64,000 bases of DNA from the human T2T-CHM13v2.0 reference genome, Homo sapiens: NCBI RefSeq assembly GCF_009914755.1, contig NC_060926.1; one strand, 5' to 3'. This document shows, one piece after another, positions 41,450-55,931 of this stretch. The notes beneath the pieces were generated by a model. That model was not told the DNA's origin and searched no databases. It was given only the letters and a program-made list of their open reading frames with translations. A program made the translations under genes and the position numbers. Position 1 is the first letter of the stretch. Every line of letters begins with the position of its first letter.

Positions 41450-44400
41450 AGGTAACTCAAGGTGAGGCCTTGAAATTTCTGCTACTCCCTCCCACAGGCC
41501 TAGAGAATATCTCTCTTGAAGGTTCCATAATATGCCACCCAAATTCATCAAGAAAAAGTTCTATTTTCCAACTTACAATACAGGAGCTCAAGTGGCATTT
41601 TTCACCAGTCCCACGCAAATTTTCATTTTTCATGTTATAGCTGTTGAATTTACTCATAAAATAGCAGGATATGTCCAAGAACTGACTCTGCATATCTCAT
41701 ACCATCAAAATAAGCCATTCATTAAAGGCCTTCTCTATGAATGCAGACTGTAGCCAAAGAATCAAAAAGGGCATCAATGCAAAGAAGGCTGCTGGAGGTT
41801 AAATGACACAGCCAGGACTTGAAAACATCCTTGCCTAGCATTGTTGTAAAAATCAAGGCTGATCACAGAACAGAGAGATAGGTTAGTAGAAAGAGTCCAA
41901 AATATTAACAGAGACTCAGTCCGAGGTGATTTGGAAAAATATTTTCTTTGAAAAAAATCCTTTGCTGTCAGAATTGAAATTCATTTCTTCGTGTTGATAA
42001 GATCTTCAGGTTTTTAGTCCAGCTGTAGCACCCAGTGGGGCCTTTTGAGTTTAACAAACCCTTGGGACTCCCAAGACTATTATTGGCAACAGTTGTCCCC
42101 TCTCCACTCTGAGGGATACAGGACAGGAACCTGAGCTCATTCATGAGGACATCAGTCCTGAGGCCCCCTCTTCTGTGGGAGTTGTCATCATGAGAGTCTT
42201 CTCGGCCATCTGGACCCTGTTTTCTCTGGCTCGCCAGGCGAGGGCTCACATATGAAGGAAAAGACTCACATGGACAGAGTGCAAAGACTTCCCAAGCTTA
42301 GAAGATTCATGAGCCACAAGAACCAAAACCTTTGGTAACAATTCTATGGGCCTAACTAACAGCGTCTCTGCAAGAGACATGCCCAGTGGAAGCAGTCACC
42401 AGCGGCAGGGAAGTGCAAAGCTGTGATTTCCCATGAAGTGTTCATTGCTCAACTGCAATTTGCCAATCAGGGGTCGTTTTTACCACAAGAAATATTGCAT
42501 GTAGCATAGTGGAAGATCCACCTTTTCTCAGGATGCTGGGAGAAGAGTCAGAAAGTTAATTAATTGTTACATTTTCCTAGAGAAGGGGTAACACTTCTCA
42601 ACCCTTTCACTTGAGTTGGCATTTCCTCACTTGAGTTCTATGAAATAATATAATGGATGCAGTGCCAAAAAGAAAAATGGAAAAAGAAAAAAAAAATGTG
42701 GGAGGAAAACAGGAAGGCAGGGAGGGAGGGATGGAGGGAGGAAGCAAGGGAAGGGAAAAAAAGAGACAAAGTTTGTTGACAAACACCTGCTAAGCTCCAT
42801 ATATTAATGTGAACTTTGAAACTCCTAGAGGAAAATACGGCACATATGATTTCCCCTACACATCATATAGCACACTGTGTGCCACTAATCTCCAAGATGC
42901 CTCACGTTCTTATGAACAAAAAGAGTCCTTCCCTTCCCAAGCTGTTTTACCAAAACTGTTGTATAATGCTATTGCAAAAAAAGCTAGAGTTACATTGCAT
43001 TGTTAAATAGAAGAGGGTTTCCTTAATTCTTTTTCATTAGTACAGGTCTTATCACTGATCCTTACTCACCTTTGGAATTTTCTTGGATTCAAGGCTCTAC
43101 TCTGATTTAAATTCCCAATAGCAAAATGGGAATTCAAATGAGCTAATCAGGAGAGCAACATAACCAAACTAAATTATTTTAGTTTGCATTTCGGCAAACT
43201 GGGATTGTGCTGAAACAGAATTTAATACACATTAAATTAGAGTGACTGGCAAGGACCCGGAATAATTTAAAATTCTACAAAATCAAAAATCTAAATTACA
43301 GTAAGTGAACAATTCTGCATGTATCAGAATATAAGATGGTGACAATAAATGCAACCCTGCTCGGCCCAGTTAGTTCTGTCCTCTATAATACAGTATTTAG
43401 TTTTTCTTAATAATTTTCTACCTATGGCTATATAGAGAAATTTTAAACTTTTGGTTGTTTGATTTTTAAATCTGTAAACTCATAAGGATATGTGCATAAG
43501 AAAACGAGTTTATGAAGAAAATAAATTTTCATGCATTAACGATGATACGAAATTTAAAAGTGTTCAATTTCTTTATAAATGCCTGTTACATTTTTAACTA
43601 GAAATACAATTAACAAATAAACTATACAGAAAAGTCTTCTTGTAGCATATTAAATTGAATGACTGATTCCAGGGAGGTTAATGCTGGTACTGCTTTTAGA
43701 CATGATCACCGTTAGCTATGAATATGAACATCACAAAGAGCAGTGCTGGGAAAAACATGATACGTTCCTCCTCATATTGTGGACCAATACAAAAATAGGG
43801 TTTATGGCCACATATTTCAAACCTTGATCAGTAAGAAAGCCTGAGTCCTGGCACAAATGTAAACACGGGCCATAAATTAGCCATAAAAAGGGCGCTACAC
43901 TGTTCAGGATGCGAGGCCCTGTCTAAATTTACAAGCTGTTTGCAGAGCCTCTGAGACTAATGGATGAATAAAATATTCCAGCCAACTAGTAAAGTAAGTA
44001 CTATGCATGATTGAAAAGTACTGTAGCTGACTGCTCTGATTAATGAGGGGTAAATTACCATTAATGTTTGTAATAAATGTGACAGACTATATTTCACTGA
44101 GAAGAAGCCAGGGCGCTATACCGGCTCTACTGGTTTAAGAGCTGTGGATGAAATGATGACTAATTAATCACTGGGATGTTTTAGAATTCTGTAACACTTT
44201 CTGTCTAAAAGCAGAACAGCCCTTATGTGCTGCCTAAGTGGGGAGCTGTTCTGCCCTTACCTAACCTCTTCTGGACCAGGGGTGGAGTTTTACTGACTTT
44301 TCAGATCTGTTTTTGTTTTGAGGCCACATATAATATCACGTTTAAAGAAATCCAAGTCTCTGAGAAAAGGATGAATTTGAGCTATAGTTGTCCTCATCCA

Positions 44401-45079
44401 TTACAAGTTTACAAGTCATCCTTGACACCCACTGCCTAGGGAGATGGAATAAATCTACCCTGATGAAGCCTGAGTCCGGGACTCAGCTATGAGTGGGACC
44501 TCTGTGCAGGTGGGCTCGGGATACATAAAGGAGGCATGTGCAAAAGGCCAAGTAATCCAATTCAAGGAGCCAGGTGGAGCTTTGCTCAGGTAAAGAGTGG
44601 TGGGCAAGAGCTCATTGCTAATTCTTCATCAAGAGAGTCTGGCTGACTTAGGAAAGCTCAGAGCTGGACGGGCAGGCAGAGGCCTGTCCAACAAGCCAAA
44701 ATCAGGGCCAGGATCAGGGGAAGTCAGAGGCTGCATCAACACTGACAGACAGGTGCATTTACTGAACTGTGTTATTAATATCCAGGTTACACAGATCCTG
44801 ACAATCCCAAATCGGGGTCCAGGCATATCAAAGCCTGTCCTCAAAGAGCCTATGGTGACTGGAGGAAAAACAAACATGCTCAAATTCCTATGGAGCTATC
44901 CCTGTGTGAATCATTTCTGGCACCAGGGTTCTAGGCCTGTGTGCCTGCTAAGCCTCAACAGTATCACCAGAACGCACCTGGAAAACGGATTTGAATTTGT
45001 GACTGAGATCAGCTGTGTGGTGATGCTGCATAATCACCATCATCATCATCCTCCCTTATTTTTGAGAACTATTTCATTT

Positions 45080-45270
45080 TCCAAAGCATTTTCATACATA
45101 TTTAGTTTCTCACTTAATTTTCACAATCAACTTGTAAGATAAATAGATGGTAGTTTCCTCACTTTAAAGTATCTGATGCTCAGAGAGGTTAAGGATTTGA
45201 CCAAGATCATACACTTAGTGTAAGAGTTTCAAATATAACTCAGATATGTTGATCTCTAGTTCAAGGCTGT
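45080..45270 (-). mobile_element. MIR
   Basis: GCTCAGAGAGGTTAAGGATTTGACCAAGATCATAC. Confidence 0.72.
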
Positions 45271-45977
45271 CCATCCCCACAAACACGTAAATAATGCATG
45301 AATTAATATATAATTCAAATATCCATATATTCATTCATTTACCAATGCACCTTTATACCTATTTATCTACTCATTTACCCATTCATCACCTCCTTCCCTC
45401 CGTCCATCCACCTGTCAATCCATATTTCAGGGTTTTTATTCCACCAAGCACTGCGTGATTTGGCTCCCATATTCCTCTCCAGTGTTATTATGAATACAAC
45501 ATTGCCAATGTACGAGCCCACGTGTATCTAATTCTACAGCTCTTCCGTTTTCTGAACTACCATTTTTCTCTATCGATCGATCGATCAATCGATCTATCAA
45601 GTATCTCTAGCTCTGTGTCTCTCCTGTCTCCATTTTAGTGAGGTTCTGGTTAAGTGGAATCTTCCTCACAATGAATTTCCAGACACACATAGGCCAAAGT
45701 GGCTCATTTCTGTGCCCCACTGGCATCTGGCACACCTCCAAAGAATCCCGATACACTTTGCAGAATCAGTCATCTGACTACTTTGTTTTCCTCTATGGTT
45801 TCCAGGAAAGGGCAAAGACTCTGTCTTCTGTGTCCATTTATTCCCTATTTCTAAGCGCAGTGTTTTATTCATGGTAGAAATTCAAGAGTTGCATTAAATG
45901 AGTAATTAATTTATTAGTAATAGTAAGTAGATACTTAAAATAATTTATTCTCTAAAATATGCTAAACATATAATGAT

Positions 45978-46200
45978 AATGGTTAAAAGCATGGACATTA
46001 GATCCAGGTAGCTTCCACTTCCATTGGCCACTGTCTTACTCTGTGACATTCAGGAAAAAGAAATAACTACTCAAAATTTCTGTTTCTTTAGATGCAAAGT
46101 GGGTATATATTATCTGCCTTATTAGAGTGCTGGTGGATTGAAACAATGAGTGTAAAACACTTAGTATGGTTTTTGGAACATAGTAAACACTAAAAAAAAT
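45978..46200 (+). mobile_element. MIR
   Basis: ATGGTTAAAAGCATGGAC...GTAAAACACTTAG...ACATAGTAAACACT. Confidence 0.75.
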
Positions 46201-46514
46201 CAGATGTTATGATTAACCTTTATTTTTTTCTCATGAATTTTTGGGGTTAAACTTTTTCTTTTTTTTTTCTTTTTTTTTTCCCCCAGAAAAATGCTGTACT
46301 GAAAACAATGGCCCAGACACAAGCACTGTGGAGTCTGTTACTTTAGTGGAAAGTATCCCTGCCAGGCTAACACAGAGGGCTAGGCTGGTGGGAACCTGCT
46401 AGACAAGAATCCTAGACCGTGGCTGGGTCAGGATGCATTCTGAATTTCATACTAGAATCCCCTATAACTGGTGGAAAATTACCAAAGGCTTTGTTTGGGA
46501 GTGCAACTAGATGA

Positions 46515-47030
46515 CCAGTCAGAAAGTCAGTGAGTCTGTACTCACTGCCTACTATGGGCTGGATAACCTTGGCCTGGAGGTGTATTGTCGATCAGGACAA
46601 AATCAACAGCGTCAGAGATTTCTCTTCCAGTGACAGACAGTGAGGGAAAATAAAATAAATAAATTTGATGATTCCAGACAAGGATCAATGCTAACAATCA
46701 AATAAAACTGGGAATTGTGATAGAAAGCAACAGGGGCTGCATTTGCTAGGTTGCCAAGACAGCCCCACTGAGAAAATGACCTTTGAGTTGGGACCTGAAA
46801 GATGAGAAGGGCCCGGGGAAAGTGTAAGCAGCAAGGACTTGGTGGGTTGGGATTTCCAGTTGAAGAAATAACAACTGCAAAGGCCATTGTCAGTGAGCTC
46901 ATGGGAAACCAATGTGATGGTAAGCCAAAGGACAAACAGGAATTGGAGGCGAAAGAGAGGCTGCTGCACGTCTCAGGGTCCGTTTGCAATGCTTCAAGGG
47001 AGCGGCAGCAATGAGCAGTTAGACCCACAG
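46515..47030 (-). mobile_element. L2 fragment
   Basis: GACCTTTGAGTTGGGACCTGAAAGATGAGAAGG...CAACTGCAAAGGCC. Confidence 0.65.
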
Positions 47031-50000
47031 TGGAAGATGAGACAACAGGGGAGAAGATTTCATTTTCCTTCCTCTCATCTTCTCAAGACCCCAAATAAGA
47101 GGCATGAGGAGTGGAGGAAAAGAACAGCAGGCAAAAAAAAAAAGGGGATATTCAGTATCTTTTGATTCTGGTCAAGACTTCAGTGGCAAATTAAACAGTA
47201 TGTTAATTTCTATATCATTTTTCCCACAAATAATTTTTAAAACTTTCAGTAATGTGATATAATTTGAGATTAGATCATGCCACTGAGTTAAATAGCATGT
47301 GCCCAGCAGAGAAACGGTATGATGGCTTTAGTTTTGGAATGCTGTTTGCTTCCTCCTCTCTCTCCCTCCTATCTCTTTAGAGACACACACATATTCAGCA
47401 ACCTGCACTGGCAGCTTCTGCCAAGTAATCCAGCCAGTACATATCCATAGTCCCTAGAAACATATTCTTGTTTACTCATCAGGTGAATTTCCTATTTCTT
47501 GAAATTTATCCTGGACACCTTCCAAGTTGATGACATAAAATTACCATTCATGCCAAGGTGGAAATGGAAATAGAACTAGTGTTGTTAGAAAGCATGTCCT
47601 ATGGACTTATGCTTTGCCTTGGAGAGAGGCTATTCTTTCCAATATTTATATTATTTGTTTCCATTCAACTAGTAAACCTAATAAATATACACTCGTTCAG
47701 TTCTCCGTAATTACACTTATTAAGCCCAATCTTCCCCTTGCCACACTTGAGAGCCCTAGCTGATCACTCTGGCTTGTAAACATTTGTAAGGCGAGAGCAT
47801 CAGTAGCCAAACACAGAGAACCATATAAAAGAATATCTGGAATGGATCTGAGATATTAATCTCAATTCATCCTCTAATTTTACAAAAATGAAACATGGAA
47901 TCCAAAGAAGCAAGTGATTTTCTCAATGTTTTACCGTGAGGTTGTGGCAGGACAAAGTCTGAGCCATCACAGACTCCAAATGCAATGATTTTTCCTCCTC
48001 AGCAGAAATGAATGACAGCTTGTTATCCAATAGACAGTCTGAGCAGGCTGGTAGTGTGGGAGACAAAAGGACTAAATGACAAGGTAGCAGTCTGCGCACA
48101 CACTGAGAACAGGGCTTTGCTTTGGGTTCCTTTGGCCAGACAGCACACATTGGAGAGGCCAGGAGGTAGATGTAAATGTAAGGAGTAATTTCTTGCACTT
48201 TGTAAAACATATTGTTCTGTGTACTAGTCTGCTATTCACACTCTTTTCTGTTTATGATCTGGGGTATGCACACTTCTGTACTACTCAGCTATGTGCTGGC
48301 AGCAAAGGGTTGCCAAACATGAAACTACACGGGAAATCTGACTTATTATGAAAGTCAAAATTTTATTTAGTGGCAAGTATTTTAAATAATTACTACTATG
48401 AGAAACATGGACTATGGGAAAACACTATTATATTCAACTCAAATTTTAAGGTGAAAAATGAGATTTCAAAATAATTTCTTATTTTAAAAAAAAGTCTTTT
48501 TGAGTTACTCCCTTTATACTCCCAAAGGGTATGAATTCTTTTCGCCTCAAGAATTCCTAAGGGTTTGAAGGCAGAAGAATATTCAGGAGAATTTTAAATT
48601 AAAAATTTAATCAGCTGATTAATTATTTAATTTTTAGAAACAACATTGGTATGAAATATTCTGACCAAATAATATTCTAAATAATATTTCATAATGAACC
48701 ATTTTAATCTCGAAATTGCAAAACAGTATACATTCAAGAACTCATGAATTTTTAAAACTGTATGGCTGAAAAATAGCTTTCTGCATTTGCTTCAAAATTT
48801 TCTCTGCAGATGTGTCAATTCTGGCATTTTATAACAGCCTAGAGGGAGACCTTCCAACCTCAAGTCTGACAGCAAATCTGTCAGCCCACCATCAGCTCTG
48901 TGACCAAGAAATGTCACATGTGTGCAGAAGAAGGTCCTTGAGGAGTCAGGAGAAGGAGAAATATGACTCTTTTTAGTTATGGTTCCTCTTTTTTCTATTT
49001 TAAAGACATATTTATCCCTGCAGAGTATAAGCAGCTGTATTTTGAGAGAGAGTTTTTCATTCAAGCTAAGCGATTGCATCTTCATATATATGGTTCTAAA
49101 ATACTATTACATCCCTACTGTGTCCCAGACGCTGGGTTAGGAAGCTGCATTGCTTAATTTTTTGCCTGAGGCTTTTAAGTCTTTTAACTGCACAGAGTGT
49201 TCCTTATGCAAGTTTTTGAGTTCATGTAACAATTCTACCTATTAGAATGTTCCTTATCATAATGAACATGCTGTGTCGAACAGAAGACTAAAATACTTTG
49301 ACCATGGATAGTAAGAGAATAATGAGAAAGCATATTCTCATAAGATAATTGTCATTAAGAAAAGATGACAAAATCACCTATGCTAGGGTTTCCTGAAAGA
49401 ATGATAGGTTAACAACATATAGTAGAGAAATGCATAGAGACATACCATAAAGAGCAAAACACAGTGTGGCGTCCTCCAATAGGATGATAGGTTATGGATT
49501 GTTTCAATGGATGTATATTTCAGGTATTTTCCTGCATATAAAGCTTTTAAAGGAAAATAATGAAAGTAAAAAGGAAACAGGCATGAAATGTCTTACTTCT
49601 TCAAAGGGGTGGTTCAGAGAGGCAGGCATCATAAATGTGATGAGCTATGGTAATCGGTATGGATGAGCAAATCCAGGCAGGGCTCTCATGACTCAGGTCC
49701 AGGTGACAGTAATCAAAAGATCTTCCACTGATCATGGAAAGGCCAGGAGTGAAGTCTATATTCCTTTAATTAAAGCCCTGACTTCTGGTAACGCTAAGAA
49801 AGCAGGAAGAATATCCAGTTCTGTAACCCATTCCCACCCAAGATTTAGTAGATTTACTCAATATCATCATAGAGAATGATGTAAACGGATGATGCCAAAT
49901 ACCCTTATATTTATAAACACACACGAGACTTATCTGGCAATACAGTAATTTATTCTAAGTCACAATTCAATACATCTTGTTTATGCGTGAGAACTTGACT

Positions 50001-50067
50001 CCCTCATCAAAACAGACACAGCCTAACTCAGCCAAAAGATCAAATTTGTTATCCGAACCCATGCGGC

Positions 50068-51290
50068 ACTCATTTGTTCATGACTTACTAATTTTTCAAC
50101 ATTTATTAGCATCTACTGTGTGTCTGGACATTATACTAGGTGCTGAAGCTACAGAAATAAATAATCAGACCCAGTCTCTACCCACAAGGAGCTCACAAAC
50201 TTGTGGGGGAGAAAAACATATGAAGAATAAACTGTAGACTGAGACATGCTGTAATTAATAAACAAGAGGGCATGAAAAGGTACTGCAATGGGCTGAATAT
50301 GTCCCTCACACCCCCAGGTTCATTCACATATTAAAAATCCTCACACTCAAGGTGATGGTATTAGAAGGTGGGGCCTTTGGAAGGTGATTAGATTGCAAGC
50401 CCTCATGAATCGGGTTAGTGCTCTTATAAAACAGGTGTCAGAGAGCTGCCTCATTCCTTCCAGCATGTGAGCACTCAGTGAGAAGACAGCTGTCTATGAC
50501 AGCTAAGATCTGCTGTGGCCTTGATCTTAAACTTCCTGGTGAGAATGAAAATTAACTTTGGTTGCTTATAAGCTACCCAGCTTATGGAATTTTGTCATGT
50601 AGTCTAAATGGACTAAGAGGGACACGTACCTCTAAATGAGGGAAAACAGTCAATAGTCAGTGAAAACGTCACTAAAGGGGTAACCTTAGACCTGAGACTT
50701 CAGGTCAAACTTGAAATTCTCCAGAAAAAGAAGAAGTACTGTGCAAAAATAGATAAATGTGAAAGCATGGACTTTATTTCCGGGACCAGCAATTGATTTT
50801 ACCCAACTAAAATATAGTGAGTTTATGGAGGTCAGTGACAAAAAAAAAATAGTAATCAAGTCTGATGATGAAGAGCGGGAGCCTAAATAGCGAGAAGCTT
50901 TGTATACAATGCACAAGCACTTTCTTGTGGTAAGGTGGAAACCATGATGCCTTTTAGGCAGCTGAGTATATGATCAAATTTATATTTTTATAAGGCTCAC
51001 CATGGATGGTGATGCATGGGTGATGAAATGGAGAAGACAAAACTGGAGAACTGGAGGCCGGGTGGGCTTTATGAGACCAGTGAGATACTGCAGGGAAAAA
51101 GATGCTGCAAGCAGGAAGGAAAGCAATGGCCTTGAGGGGGTAGTGAGGAGGAAGCTATGAGAGGTCTGCGGGAGATGGAACCAGCCAGGCTTGCTCTTCA
51201 ATTGACTTGTGCAGTGAAGAGGAGAAAGTGTAATGGGAGATGAGGAGGAAACAAACCTCAGTACAGACTTTTTAGACCTGAAAAATAATC
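50068..51290 (-). mobile_element. L2 interrupted by MLT1A
   Basis: TTCAACATTTATTAGCATCTACTGTGTGTC...AGGAGCTCACA. Confidence 0.7.
50284..50620 (+). mobile_element. MLT1A-like MaLR solo LTR
   Basis: TGCAATGGGCTGAATATGTCCC...GGTGGGGCCTTTGGAAGGTGATTAG...ATGGACTAAGA. Confidence 0.88.
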
Positions 51291-51464
51291 AGATCACAAT
51301 GCATAAAAAATTGCTATATAGCCGAGTGACACTTAAAGAAAAAGATAGAATCTTCAGTGAATTCATTAGGAAACAGGTCAGGTTGACGAATTTAACAAAA
51401 GTTTAAATTTAACAATTTAGTAGGAAAAAATACTATAATTTCAAAAGAAAAAAAGATTAATTTT

Positions 51465-51620
51465 AGCTGGGTGCTATGGTGTGCACCTGTAGTCCTAGCT
51501 GCTCCGCTGGGGGCAGGGGGCCAGGGTAGGTGAGAGGCCCCTGAGCCTAGGAGTTCCAGTCCAGCCTGGGCAACGTAAAAAGGTCCCTGTCTCTAAAAAT
51601 AAATTAATTAAACACAATTA
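51465..51620 (+). mobile_element. FLAM
   Basis: GCTGGGTGCTATGGTGTGCACCTGTAGTCCTAGC...CCAGCCTGGGCAAC. Confidence 0.8.
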
Positions 51621-51703
51621 AAATAATTTAAAAAGAGAAAATCAGGCAGTTAAATAGAAATTTTTCCCCAAAGTAGAAATAGTTATTCAAAGCAAAATGT
51701 GAC

Positions 51704-52037
51704 CATTTTTAATGTTTATGGGCACATAATAGTTGTTCATACTTATGGGTTTGAAATACACAGTAAAATATTGTTAACCATAATCACCATATTGTGCTAC
51801 CACTCACTAGATCTTATTTCTCCTACTGAACTTTGTTTTTTACCCATTAATCATCTCCTCTTTATCCCCTTGCCCTCCCCATTACCCTTCCCAGCCTCTG
51901 CTAACCATCATTCCACTCTACTTCTGTGAGATCAATTTTCTTAGCTCCCACATATGAGTGAGAACATGCAGCATTTGTCTTTCTGTGTCTGGCTTATTTC
52001 ATTTAACAGAATGTCCTCCAGTTCCATCTACGTTGTT
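51704..52037 (-). mobile_element. Short L1 3' end (L1MA-type), internally deleted
   Basis: TAGCTCCCACATATGAGTGAGAACATGCAGCATTTGTCTTTCTGTG; flanking GCAAAATGTGA repeats (51692, 52038) as probable TSD. Confidence 0.85.
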
Positions 52038-52059
52038 GCAAAATGTGATTCCTTAAAGC

Positions 52060-52248
52060 AGTAACCATTGTTACCATTTATATAGGGCTTACTATTTTCC
52101 CAGGTACTGTTCCAAGCATTATATATTAATCTTTTAATTGTTCTACAAAATATGCACAAAACGGATACATTATTATACCAATTTTTAAATGAGAAAACTG
52201 TGGCATGTAGAATTTAAGTGAGTCTCCCAAGATCATATGGCTAGTAAA
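52060..52248 (-). mobile_element. MIR
   Basis: AATGAGAAAACTGTGGCA...CCCAAGATCATATGGCTAGTAA. Confidence 0.7.
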
Positions 52249-52249
52249 A

Positions 52250-54540
<2,291 letters not shown>

Positions 54541-54599
54541 ATTGTAGTCAAAGAACAGTAGTATTAACATTGATTTTATAATGTTGATAAGAAGACCAG

Positions 54600-55450
54600 T
54601 AGAAAAGGAGAATGTAAAGACACGGGAAAGTGGAGGGATTGGTAGTTTGAGGTTCTTCAGAGGGCAGGAAGTGATAGGACCTGGAAGACAACTTGAGGAG
54701 TCAGGTTTACACAGGTAAAGTGAGAGCTCTTTTGTCACCCAGAAGGGAAAAAATAGATGAGTTCAGCAATGGTTCATCCACAGGTTGGTAGCTGAGTTTC
54801 CATTTAGTGCTTCAGTTTTCTCAGGAAGCAGAAAAGTTAAAGTCTAGAAAAAATAAAAAATGAGCTATGGAGAAGGGGAAATGTGTAAGCAGCACCAACC
54901 TCCAATGGGATTGGTGGAAACTGTGGGTCTGTAATAGCCTCGACTGAGCAATTTTGTGATGTCCTCTAGCAGCTCTCAGCCTTCCAATCACAGGCAGAGT
55001 GATTCCAAGCAGCAGGACTCATCTAGACAGGGATGTTCAAGACCAGTAAGATGAAAGCACTACCAGGCAAGGGAATTAAAAATATTGATACAAGAGAGTG
55101 GGAGTGAAGGGCCATGAAATGCTACAGAGTCAGAGAAGGAGGTAAAGATCAAATTGAGCTGCTGTGAATGGAGAGACAATGGGAGACAGGTCACAGGGCC
55201 CAGAGGCTCTAGAGGAGTAAAGGAGTTGAAAAGTAAACACATGCAACTGTAGGGTGGCGTCAGAGACTAAGATTCCTAGATGAGGTATTCCAGAAGTGGG
55301 GCAGTTCCAGGCAAAGTCAAGGTCCAATCTGCGGATAACCAAAGAAGGGTAGAGGTGTAGGCCACTTGGGACAGAAAGCAGAGGAAATGGGGAGGCTGGA
55401 TTCTCAGATGGGGCATTCACAAGGGTGGTGTGACACAGGGTTAGGAGACA
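54600..55450 (-). mobile_element. L2 fragment
   Basis: Purine-rich L2-like sequence (GTAGCTGAG...CTTCAGTTTTCTCAG); highly diverged. Confidence 0.45.
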
Positions 55451-55479
55451 CTCACTCAATGCCAGCAAACAACTAAGGA

Positions 55480-55690
55480 AGGGGTGGCGAGGACGAGCAC
55501 AGCCTCTGGAGTCAGGTAGATGAGTTCAAATGCCTGTTTTCTCCAAAAAGAGATACCAATCAGGCACCTTTCCAAGCACCAATCTCGGTTTGCAAAAGAA
55601 AGTAAATAGTACTTTGTTGACATTAAGAGAAATAATGTATATAAAGCGACTACTTCAGTGCTGGCAAATGGTAAGTATGCAATCAGTGGA
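55480..55690 (+). mobile_element. MIR
   Basis: CTCTGGAGTCAGGTAGATGAGTTCAAATGCC...ATAATGTATATAAAGCG. Confidence 0.65.
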
Positions 55691-55895
55691 AAGGATTGTA
55701 TTTTTAAATCAAGACTTGATAGCTATCAATCCCCTCTTCTGTGGCATTCTAGTCTTCTTCAGCATGAGTCTTCTATCTTCCCTTTTCTACATTATGTTTC
55801 ACCCTCAGTGATACATCCCCTCACAGTTATTGCATTGCCAGAATCAACATTATCTCACAAATTAACACCTTGCAAATTTTCCCAATATGCATGAT

Positions 55896-55931
55896 TATCT
55901 ATCTATCTATCTATCTATCATCTATCTATCT
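55896..55931. repeat. (TATC)n microsatellite
   Basis: Directly visible. Confidence 0.93.

Noticed and set aside
44597-45142. 181 aa ORF with a His run
   Set aside because: GTG start, no recognisable family, ends inside a MIR, His run comes from a short CAT/CAC repeat; not supportable without PhyloCSF or Ribo-seq
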